64,000 nucleotides of DNA from Vicugna vicugna. Lineage: Eukaryota. The notes under the pieces are model-generated. The model was given only the letters and a program-made list of their open reading frames with translations. It had not been told where the DNA came from and ran no database searches. The translations under genes and the position numbers were made by a program. Below, one piece after another: positions 23,701 through 35,700 of the stretch. The first letter of the stretch is position 1; each line of letters opens with the position of its first letter. The stretch spans positions 744,001 to 808,000 of the forward strand of contig MU060965.1 of NCBI GenBank assembly GCA_013265495.1. Direction: 5' to 3'.

Positions 23701-26700
23701 GGGACCGTCTGGGGGCAGGAGAAAGTGTGTGTGCATTCCCAGGAAGGGCAGAGTGGCCTTGGCTGAGCAGGACATGGCTCTGGTGACTTCTGCAGTGATG
23801 CTCAGCCCCACTTCTGAGGAGTGGCTGGAGAGTTTTGTCTCCCGCAGTCCTGCCAGGTGGGGTCTGGGGTTATGTCTGAGTCATTGGTGGGGACCACGGC
23901 CCTGCAGGCGAGGGCACAACAGCTGCAGCCTGGGGTTGCCTCCTTCACACCCCTCGCAGCGGGAGACCTGTGTCAGGCTTCCCTCCCCTGACCCTGCTGC
24001 GGGCTGGGGCTCCCTTTGCTCCTAGATGGCAGTCACACCCGCCCTGGTTACTACCCCATCACCTATCACCCTGGTCTGTTGCTGGACTGTGCCTGCTCCT
24101 GCTCCTGGCCGGCCTGTGTTGAGCAGATGTGGGACCCTGTGAATGTCATGCTGTGGGTGCCCAGATCCTGGGGTCATCTGGCCCTCATGCTATCTGTGGT
24201 CAGGGGTCTCTGGTTTGAGGAGCAACTGTTGTCAGGGAGGTGCCAGCAGCCTTGCCCCACTGCCTGGTGTGGCCCCTGACGTCCATGCTGAGTGTCCAAG
24301 TGAGAACAGGGCCTTCCACTGGGCGGGGGGAGATTCGAATGACCCCAGGCCTGAGGTGCCCCACCTTGGGCGTCCACGCAGGCCCAGGGAGCACCAAGTC
24401 CCCCCTCCAGGACACACTCACAGTGGCCTTGACCCACAGCCCCAGTCTGTCTCCTCACCCACCTCAGGCTTCGCCTGGGAGACCCCGCTGCCCATGCCTG
24501 GTTGCACCCCCAGGACAAGAGCCAGCCCCTGGCTCACCTTGTCTGCCCCAACTCGGGGCTGACCACCCACCATCTGGACAGCTCACTTGACGGCGTCCAG
24601 CCCCAGTGACTGCCTGGCAGGAGGCAGAAGCCCTAACCCCACACTAGGGCGTTGAGGGTCTGGCTGTGCCATTCTCCCTCATGTCTGAAGTTGGGAGACC
24701 ACGGGTCCCTTGCACCTGGGGAAGCCAGGCGGCCTGGGCAGCTTCCACCTTCCTGGGAAGCCTCGAGGTGCTGACCCATCACCGGACGCTCCTGACCAGG
24801 CAAGGCCTCTGTCTCCTGGTTCCTCCTCCACGCAGCGCAGGCCTGTCCTGAGCTGGGAGTGGTCTGATGGACCCCTCTCTCCATTTCTCTGGCACTTTGT
24901 CTGGAGCCCCCGTGAGACAGGCTGGGTCTCGTGAGGGCCCACGGTTTCCACCAGCCTTAGCCCGTGTTCCCAGCCCTCTCTCTTCACTCTTTCTGGAGCA
25001 TTTCTGCTTCTCCCCCACTGCTGACCCTGTCCTGGTCACCTCCTCTCTCCAGGAACTACCTCATCTCTAAACAAGTATTTTCTGAGCTCTCGCCACATCT
25101 CGGACACATGTCCAGGGACGGGCATGGAGCCGTGAGCACAGACGCTCTGGTGGGGGGGGCTCCAGCGCAGGAAGGCCAGACGCCTTCGTTCCCACTTTAT
25201 GGACAAAGGAAGCAAAGCTTCCCACTAAGCTGGCTGCCCGTCCTCCTCCTCCAGCTGGACACACAGTGGGGTGCAGGGCCAACAGACCTCCTCACTGGGA
25301 TGGGTGATGGACACCCCACCTCCCTCAAAGCGGCAGTGAAGACCCTTCAAGACCCCTCAGGGATGAGGAGAGCAGGTGCTTCCAAGGTTACAAGCCACCC
25401 TGACCCAAAAGAACAGGCTGGACACAGAAGGCAGGTGTCTCTAAATGGCAGGGGCTGGGATTCGCCATCTGGGACCCGAGCTTCCTGGAGCTGAGGGGGT
25501 CCAAGGATGAGCGGGTCCCCACAAGCTGAGTGAGACCAGATCCCCGAGTCCCCAGTGGCCACGAATGGGGTTCTGCAAGGTCAACTCGGGGCTTGGTGGG
25601 GTGGGGAGACAGCAGGGACAGCGGGGCAGGTAGCTGTGATGTCGCTGGGGAGGTTCCTCACTGCAGCGCCCATCCTCCTGCTCTGGGCGCTGCACCTGTG
25701 GTCACCCGCTCAGGACTGCTCTTCCCAGACAGACGGTTCACTTCCACCCTCCGCCCTCAGAGGTGGGGCCACCCTCAGGACAGGGTCCTGGCCCACACCC
25801 CCTGTGCTCACCCTCCTGCTCTCCGCCCGCCTGTCCCTCCGTCTCCCCACCACTGACACAGCTGCATTGCTCTGTGTGAGGCTCACGTCAAGTCTTTTTT
25901 CAACATGGGATAAACTACAAGAAAACAGGCAGCTCTCGCCTCACGGCCACTGGACCCGAGGGCACAGCAACTATTTCAAGAACAAAAGGGAAAATGAAGG
26001 AGATCACTGAGCTCATGTCCACCACTCCAGACGAGAGCCCTCACCACGTCCCACGCGTGCCCTGCATGTGTCCACACCGTGCCCTCCTGCGGGTGCTACG
26101 GGGACAGCCCTGCAGCCTGAGCTGACCGGGCCGTCTTCAGCCATTAGACGATGAACGTGAGCAGACTATGCTGTGGGCAGCTGGGGCAGGACCCCCTTGG
26201 ACAACAGACAACGGGGGACCCTGCTCCCCCTCCCCCAGGCCTGCTGGTGGTCAGAGACCGTGGAAACCTAAAGCTGAACTTGGAGGCTTTGCCAGCATTT
26301 CCTAAGCCCAAGAAAAGGGTGTCACCAAATCTGTTGAAGCCCTCGCTGGCCGGTAGCAGGTGCCCTCGAAGACAGGACAGCTGGGCGGCTGTCCTGTCTC
26401 CGGCGGGCCCCCCACACCAGAGGGTCACGTCCCTTCCCGCAGGGCGGGCAGGCCCCTTCCCTCTGCAGGAGCCACCGAACTCTGCAGCACCCGTGGAGTG
26501 CTTGCGGGAGGGGCGGTGCACAACTCCTGACCGCTGCCCACTGATCCTGCAAGACTGGCCAGTGTGTTTGGTAAAGACACATGCGGGGCCTGCGGGGCAG
26601 GCAGTGGGAGCAGATTGTCCACGGGGAGCGCACCAAAGCCCTCGCTGTGGTCAGAGGGCCCGTGGGGAGTCCTGCGTGTGTCCAGCCTTCCTGAGGCCAG

Positions 26701-29700
26701 CTTCCTCCAGAACACCCGAGGGTCTGAGGCCCTAGAGGTCAAGAGTCCACCACAAACTCAGTGTGGAGACCACCCTCAGACACATGCACAGAGGTGCACA
26801 CACACACGTGCACACTCACTAAGCATGTGGGAGTAGGAGGGGCCTTGGACTCGGGGTTGGGGTCAGAGGTCAGGCATGGGCACCCCACCTTGCCATTTCC
26901 TTGTGTGTGACGCCAGGGCTGCGACCCCAGCCTCTTTGCCTGGAGTTGCACTGAGTGACTTTGTCACCTCTGGGATGGGCATTCGTGTTATGAAGATGTT
27001 AAGAACACCGTCGAGGGAGTCCTCAAGGCTGGAAATCCTGACTCACTTGTTGAAAAACCCAACCCACCCCACTCCCTGGAGGTTAGACGTACTCCCCGCA
27101 GATGGGCCACGGTGGCCATCCCGTCTCTTACCGCGTGGCCAGCTTGTGGCAGACGATGCCTGAGTCAGTGATGACCTCACTCAGCCTGAGCTCCAGGTGG
27201 ACCTTGCCCTGAAAGACACAAGGACACGGGGTCACGGGGCAGCCTTGTGCAGCAGGGAGCTTGGGTCTGCAGTCACAGACGCGTGGGGTCTGCCGCATGT
27301 CCACCCGCCCAATTTGGATCCCCGAGAGTTAAAGGCTCCAGCTCCGCTGACAGCTGGTCAAACAGCACAAAGAGCCGGAGCTCAGGGAGCAGCAGGCGCT
27401 CAGGGACCAGCAGCTCAGTGTGTGGCTGTCGCTTTGGGCCGTGTTCACTCTGCTGCCCCCGCAGCCTCGGGGGGGGGGCGGCGCAGCTCTGCCCCATGAC
27501 CCGATGCTTCTGTGCCCACCGGAGGTCGGACCAGAGGCCAGGAACCCGAGTCCTGCTCTTCAGGAGGGAAGTCAAGGATCCTGGGTGCTTCCGGGAAGAG
27601 GGCAGATCGGCGAGTCACAGGGCAGGATGGGCTGTTTCCGCCCACAGCGAGTGGGGCCACGAAGACAGAAGCAGACAGGCCAGCTCCCAAAAGTCCAGCC
27701 AGAGGAGGCAGGACACAAGTGTTTCCGGGTAAGAATCAGACATGGAACTCAACAGGATCTATCGTCCTGAAGCCCCTTCTGACTAAACTCTGGGCTCGGC
27801 AGCCGGGGGAGCCAGCGATGGCCATCTCGTCTCAGGAGGACCAGGGACATGGTGGGATGCTGGCTGCCGGGGGCACAGGGGTGGGGGGGCAGGATGCCTC
27901 CTGTCACTGCTCTACAATTCCCCTCGGCAGAAGCAGAGATACCCCTCCCTGGCCCTGAGCAGCCTCTCCCCTCCTCTCCGAGCGACTGGCCACCTGGCGC
28001 TCTGTCCACTCCTGCCTGGCCCAGGGCGTCTGCCTGGAGAACGTGCTGGCCTCTCCAGAAGAAACCCCAGTTCCGGGCTTGGCCTGGCCAGCAGCATAGG
28101 GTCTGGACCGGCTGCTGTCCCAGGACAAGGGGCTCCTCTGCCCCAGAAAAGGCAGCTCCCACGGCCAGGTCTAAACGGTACCAGAGTCGTCCTGCCGCTG
28201 TTTCTGGGCTTGGGGTGAGCCCCCAGGAAAGTGTTCTGAGAAAATGCCAGCAGCACTGATTATGAGGAGGGGCCCGCCAGTGGGGTGGAGGGGTGCAGGG
28301 AGCACCCTAGCTAGAGCCACGCCTCCAGACCAGAGGCTCCGGGATCCACTGGCTCAGAAAACAAAAAAGGAAAGAGGATCTGGTGGTGACATGAGTCAGG
28401 GTGACACCTCTGTCGCCCCAGCCCCATCTCGGCCCCTCAGGCCCCTACTGGGGGCTGACACAAGCCCCCACGAAAGCCGTTCTCGGGAATAAACCAGCCC
28501 GTCCCTCCAATGGCCTCTGGGATCGTGAGCTTGGAAGCAAGCAGATGCCCCCAGGCCAGAGCTCGGCCACAGGAGCCTGGGGGACAGGCTGACCTCGCAG
28601 ACAGACACCACGCCCACGACACTGACGTGGGCCGAGATGTGGGTGGCTAGCCCAGGCTCCCTGATAACATGGATGCCAGAACTGGCCTCCTCCGGGGGAG
28701 ACTGGGCGCTCAGGACAGCAGACTCCCGGGCACCCGGCTGCGGGCACGGCAGCATGCTATCCTTCCTGGCTGTCCCCTCACCCATGGCAGAGTGGCTGCA
28801 GGGAGGGCGGGAGTGATGGGCAGGTGAAACGGCCAGTGATGAGTCCCGCAATCTCGGACCAGCCACCGGCATCATAGCGCGTGGCCCCAAGTGACAGCAG
28901 TGTCCTCTCTGCATCTGTGAAGGGCTGATCTGGGTGGTGCCGCCCACCACGGGCATGTGCTTGGCTGGGGCAGTGGCCTCCCAGCGAACTGACCAGCTCT
29001 TCCCACACTCCTGTCAGGTGTGCGGACGCAGGGTCCACGACGCAGCACCGCCCTCCTGGCAGACCTCACCTGGCCCTGACCCCAGCCCAGAGCAAATCCT
29101 CAGGCTGGTAACTGGGAGTGGGAGGCAGGGGTGGAGAAGACAAGTCCCCAGAGAAAGAGCCGTGGCACGCTGCCCAATACCCGCGTGGGCGGGCCGGGAC
29201 TTCCGAGTCACCCCGAGGCTCGGCACAGCCCCCCAGGGGCACTGCGGTCCCTACAGAGAAAGGAGACACGGATGCTGACAGCTCGGACATGGAACTCAGC
29301 AGGAATCTCCATGAGAGGACAGAGTCCTGGTCAGGCTGGCGTCCCTCACCCACCCCAAGGTGCGCCGGGCGCCCTCAGACGGACACGTCCCCAAATGACG
29401 CTTGACTCGCTTCCAAGAAGCGAAGCTTGTGTCTGCTGAGGTGCGCCCTGACCGCTGGTGCCTGGTGCTGGGCTGAGGGGCCGCTGGCCACCCTGCTTCC
29501 TGTTTTCCCAGAGGAGTTCGGGCAGCTCCATGCCAGCAGGTCCTGTGACCCCGCGTGTTTCCTCTCTTAGGGCAGCCCTCCCTCCGCAGGGGCAGATCCG
29601 TCAGCTGTTTTGTTTCGCTGCAGTGCGGGTGATTTGCGGAGGAAGGCACGAGGGAAACAGAATACAGACCGTACACCACGGAGCGGACCCCCCAGAATCA

Positions 29701-32700
29701 CCCCGGGTCTGCAGCTCAGACGCCTACCTCAGTCCTCACCCAGCCCACCTTCCGCACAGACAACCTGGGGCAACGCCCAGGGGACTGGGGCACACCCTCG
29801 GAGGGGCAGGCAGGAAGAGCAGTTTCCAGGCTCGGTCTCTGAACCGAGCGTTCTCGGGACGAGCAGGGGTGTCTGCGCTGCAGCTGCTCAGCTACAGACA
29901 CAGCTGCCCCCACGGGCAGACGAGGGGGGCACAAACTAGGAGGACGTGCTGCACACACGGGGCAGAGCTTGCATTCTGCAGTAACTGTAACCTTTAGAAA
30001 TGCATACAGTAATCATTATAAATAAAAAATGTAAAAAGTAACTGCTTCCCAACTTGTTTTGACCCCAACAGGAGCGCTTTCCAGGGAGGCAGCCACAGGT
30101 CCCATGCTCGGCTGAGGGCGACCAGAGCCCAGGTGGCCGGTCTGGCCCTTGGGGGTCCAGACCAGGCAAGAGGCACTGAGGCGCGGAGGAGAATCCTCGC
30201 GTTTATGTGGGTCTGTGAGAAGAAAAACTCAGGACAGATCATTAAAAATTTAGACGTCACCACCTTCCCGGGTCTTGTTTGAGGAGAACAATGATAAGAA
30301 GCCTTAAAGAGCAACCAGGACTGAACAGTGTCACCAACCCACGCAGGATGCCCACCTGTTCAGAGCCCCCGGGCCTGGACACACGTCTAGAAACATGAAA
30401 ATCGTCTCACGGCCACCCTCAGACCCCTGTGGAAAGTAAACTAGAAATCAGTGACAGAAAGAAAGCTCGAAAATCCCAAAATATGAGGAGATCAAACATC
30501 ATACTTTCAAATAACAAAAGGCCAAAGACGTCTCAAGAGAAACTGAAAAATACTCGGAACTCACTTCTTTTCACAAGTCAAAATGAAAATAAAACAGCAA
30601 ACTTTGTGAGATGCAGCAAAAGCAATGCTCAGAGGGAAACTCACGGCAGTCACTGCACATCCTGGAGAAGAAGACAGACCTGAAAATCAGTAACCTAAGC
30701 CTCCACCTTAGGAAACCAGAAAAACAGAGCAAGTCACACCCAAAGTGGGAAGAAGAAAAGACGCAATAACTGGAGCAGAAATCGGCGAAACTGAAAACAG
30801 GAAATCAACAGAGAAAATAAACAAACCAAAGTCGGGTTTTGAAAAGATAAATAAAACTGATAAACTTTCAGCCAAGCAAACGAAGGGAAAAGAAGGCGCG
30901 AATGACTAAAACCAGAATCACTCCTGACCCCGTGGAACTCCCTGTGGTTCTGCCGGTGGATCCGGACGGTACCACCTGTCCCCCAGCAGAACCCGCAGCA
31001 GGAGGCCTGGGCTTCAGCGAACGCCGGTGCGTCAGTGTCACAAGTGCACCGCCAGACGCCCACACCGGGCGGCAGGGGCGGGGAGACATGGAGCTCCTTG
31101 CACTTTCCGCCCAAAAACTGCTAGAAAAATAAAGTTTATTAATTAAGAGAGAAAAGGCACCAGTGGTTCCAGTCCTTTTTCCTCAGGAAGGCATCGACCC
31201 CTGGCCTGGGGAGGGGACGCCGTGGCTGTGGGCAGACGTGGGCACAGCAGCAGGTGCGTCCTGCCGGCTGATCCTTGTCTATGGGGACTGAGAGGCCAGA
31301 CTGGAGCCCTGCACCCTCCGCCAGGGCCAAGACTGTTGAAGGGGGCAGAGGCGGGGAGGGCAGACCCCAGAGAAGCAGGACCTCCGTCCAGGGGAAAGGG
31401 GCTGCACCCTCCTCCCACAGAGAGACCCCCGGGTCCTTGTAAGGGACGACTGCAGACCCTGGTTGTCGGGGAGTCCTTAAAAAAGGACGTGTGATGCAGA
31501 GTGTCACTGTGAGGATTGAGAGCCAGCCGGCAGGACCGTGGCTTTGCTGGGGCAGCCCATCCGTGTCTCCCTTGGGGGCCAGATCTGACAGAAGTGGTGC
31601 TAGGCAGAGACAGCGGCGGCTGGGCATCCTTGGAGGAGTTGGGAGGGGCCCTTGTGGACAGGAGGGTGGCGCCAGAGTTCTAGCTGCTGTGCCCACAGCC
31701 CAGCAGGGACCGCAGGAGGGGCTGTCCCGTCCCTGCGACAGCCTCGCCCTGAGGCTGCCCAGCCCAGGTCAGGGAAGGAGCAGAGGGGCTGGTGTTGTGA
31801 ACCGAGCAGGTTACTGGAGACCCATAAAATGTCGGCTCCAGGGCAAGTCAGAATCTTTAAAAAAATTTTTTTTGCAGTGTAGCTAATTTACAATGTTTAA
31901 GGCGTGCAGCAAAGTGATTAAGTTATATGTATATATACAGACAGACAGATGTACACACATATACTCTTCCTCAGATCCTTTTCTGTTATGGGTTATTACA
32001 AGCTATTGAATGCAGTCCCCTGTGCTGTACTGCAGGACCTTGCTGTTCATCTGCTTTGATATGGCAGTGTGAATCTGTTAATCCTGAACCCCTGACTTAA
32101 CCCCTGCTCCCTCTTCCCCTCCCTGGTAACCACATGTCCTTGAGTCTCTTTCCGTTTTGTAAGTAAATTCCTATGGGCCATTTTTTTAGATTCCACATAT
32201 AAGTGACATCATATGGTATTTTTCTTTTCTTTTCTGGCTTACTTCACTTCGAATGACAATCTCTAGGCCCAACTATGTTGCTGCACATGGCATTATTTCA
32301 TCTTTTTATGGCTGAGTAGTATTCCACCGCACAAATATACCACAGCTTCTTTAAGTCACCTTTCCCCCCCATTTTGTCTGTGACTCACTGGTCTCCCATT
32401 GACCCTAGTTGTATGACGCTTCCTTTCTGACACCTTTAACTGTGAGTCACTGAGCAGATGGCTCGAGATACTGTGCTGTCCTTGGTCCTTCTGAAATGGT
32501 GATGGGGATATTTTGGGATGAAGTGTGGCTGCAGGAAGGTGCATCACTGCACCTTGAAAGGCCGCTGCCTGGGCAGCCTGACAACCAAGTCCCTGCGGGA
32601 AGCACTCACTCAGCGCCTGGAATGTGGTGTCACCATCTGTGATCCGCAGGGTGCCAGCACTGCACCACAGTCAGAGGAGCCACTCGCCAGGACTGGGTCA

Positions 32701-35700
32701 ATCACCCTCTGGCTGCATAACTCACATGGGCAGCAGTGACCCAGCGGGTCTGGATTGTGGAGGTCATTACACAGTCACGCATGTGGGACACCGCAGAGGA
32801 TTCACATGTGTGCTTGCAGCTGCACACGTGGGACTGATGAGATGACTGAGGTCGCCAGTTACTCGAATGTCACCTCGGGGCACCCAGCGAAGGGACACAC
32901 CTTTCTTTTATTTTCAGTCTTCACATGTGAACAGGCGAGCCACAGCCTTTTACATGTAAAGACTAATCACTGTTGCCCATGTGGTATTTTCTGAGCCTTT
33001 CTATGAATCTGTAATCATTTCAAAATTAAGTTTAAAAAAAATCAAGAAAAAGGAAAAGCTATGCTCAGCAGTCAAAGTGACCTTGAATCTGGGGACTAAA
33101 TGCAGGGAGAGCACGTGGGGTGCTGCTCTCCCCATGGCCCCGCGAGCCTCCAGTGTGGGAGTACCCGCACCGAGAGCAAGTCCAGTCCCAACAGGTGCTT
33201 CTGCTCCGGGAGCCGCCTTCTGAAGGCGCCGTTTCCGGGCACCTGAGCGGAGTGGGTGCCACTGACCTTCTGTGTCAGGGTCCCCCACGCTGTCAGGTGG
33301 GCACCGTCATCGGTTCTGCAGGGATTCTGGCGTCCCCCAGTTTCTGCAGCGGGTGTGGGCCCCCAGTCGGAACCGATCAGGTGTGAGGCACCCTCACGAC
33401 GGCTGATTGGCTCAGCTCCTCAGTAAGTCCTTCTGGGTGCAAGTTTGGGGATGACCCCCGTGACCGCCAGGGGCCTGTGCACCCCAGGCATTTTGTCCGT
33501 GACACAGCCTGCTTTACAGAAGACCAGCACCTGGAGCCTCCCTGAGCTCAGTGCCGGCCTGGTCCCAAGATTCCGGGCTCTGGTCCTGGACTCCAGGCTC
33601 TGGCCTGGGCTCCGGGCAGCTCTGGCTGGAAACCACACAAGCCAGGTGGCAAGAGCAGAGAAGGTGCAGGCGAACCTCTGATGGGCATCTCCTGCACGCT
33701 GAGCGTGGAGGGGGGATCCAACCCAGGAAGGGCCCTGCGGGGGAGAAACTCCCAGCTCTGGGGAGTGCCCCCCCGGTCAAGGGAAGCTGGTGAGCCCAGG
33801 GACGCCCAGACCACGGGGGCTTCGTTACTCCCTCATTTCTTCCAGCTCCAAACCTGCTCTGCTGAGCGTGAGTGGCTCAATAACCCACGGGTGCCCCCCT
33901 CCAGCCAACCAGGCTCAGCTTTGTTGTGTATTCCCCACGTTTTCTGTTCACTTTCAGTTATGTGTTAGGCCTTCCGTATTTTACGTTTTTAAGCTGCATG
34001 ACTAAGTCTGACGATAATCAGCAGGGCAGACAAAATTAACACGGCAACGCTCACTGTGTGGAGGGCATAGCTTGCCAGCCGTCATCTCGGTGGCGGCCAG
34101 AACCCATGCCCCTTTCTTCACCCACAACCAGAGTCTCTTCCACCCCGAGGCTCCCGTGCCCCACGGCTCGGCGAGGGCCTCACCTGCACCTCGGAGTCCG
34201 CGTCCACGTGCTGCAGCTGGAACCAGGTGTCCCTGTTGTGGTACTTCGGCAGGTCCTCCTTCCGAATGGCCACCTTTCCTAGAACATCAGCAGGGAAATG
34301 TGGTCACGAGAGGGAACAAGCCCCCCCCCAATAAGGGTGTGAGCAAAAGCGCTCCAGGATCACGGCCAACTGTCTCACACGGTAAAGTCCAGAACACGTA
34401 ATCGGGCAGAGTGACAAGGCCACATCCTCCTCCGTAAGATCAGCACATGCCTGTTTCATCCTGAAGGTGCCACGTCTGCCCCAGCAGAGCACGGCGCCCG
34501 GCTCGGCGACACCCGGGCAGCAGAGCTGAGCGGGGCGGCGGCAGCTGGAGGCTCTGCTGGGGACTCCGTGGAAATGTGCGTGCTTGTGCGAGCTACAGCG
34601 CAGCACTCACTGTCCACTCGGCGTCTCGGCATCTTTGCCTTGGCTCTTCTGCTCACCTCCCACACCGGCACGCAGCCAGGGGAAGGCCAGGACCTGTTAG
34701 CTGAAGGCCAGTCCTCCCGTCCACTTGCAGAGGGGACGCAGCACACCTGGCACTTCAAGTCAACACCAGCACTCAGCTCTAGCCACACAGGGCCGCCCAG
34801 GGCCGAATCCTGCCCAGCCACGGACCTCACAGGGGTTGAGGCCACGGCACAAGGAGTCAGCAGGCGGGAGCGATGGAAGGGGGAGGCAGCGGGCAGAAAA
34901 TACAGCAGGCACGGGCTGTGGAGAGGGCGCACCACGGAAATTCAGAGACGTCTGCGACAGGTCTACGGGGCCCCGCCAATCAGCGCTCAGTTTTGAGGAC
35001 AGGACGGCTCCCTGGGACCCACCGCAGGCTCCCCCACCACCTCCAACCCGCCTCCTCCTCGCCTCGGGGGTGTCCTGCCAGGCCCTGATGTGGACCCCGC
35101 CACCTCAGACCACCCCCAGTGCACCCTGTCACGAGGTCGAGCCCCCCCGAGAAGACGTGTCCCTCTCCACTTGGCTCCTGCAAACCCCACCCTTTTTCCC
35201 AATGGGATATGATTTTGAATCTTGCAGAAACAAAGCCACAAGAATCAGAAGTTTCCTGGAACTGAACTGGGTAATATGTTTCAGTGAAAAAGGATAAAGA
35301 AACCCTCAGACTCCATGGACTTCAGCTAGACGGGAGGATTCCACTTGAAGTCTGAAATTTTAAGTAACTGCAATGATTTTATGAGCTTTAACTGGGACAG
35401 GAAGCAGCCGTGTAGTTAATACTCAAACGACTCCAACAACCTGTACATCGTTCCTACCCCTTATTTCTGGAAGTACTTAATTTAACTTAAGTAGGTAGTA
35501 CAGGAACACAGCACAAAGTCTGAGACATTCAAAAGGATGTAAGACGCAGCCAGGAATAAGTCTCTCTCTGCCACATGGTTCCCCGGGGGGTCACCTGTCA
35601 GCAGCTTCCAGTCCCTCCTTCTAGAGACTCGTCACGTCCAAGAGTGCACGAGGGTGTATCAGTGTCTCTGCCGCGTTCTGGGCAGTGCCTGATCTGCGTC

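Noticed and set aside
25887-25970. 84-nt in-frame, stop-free exon-like segment in intron 5
   Set aside because: Weak acceptor (GAAATAG) and moderate donor (GAC|GTGAGC). It shows that stop-free pseudo-exons arise by chance, which tempers the other cassette-exon findings.
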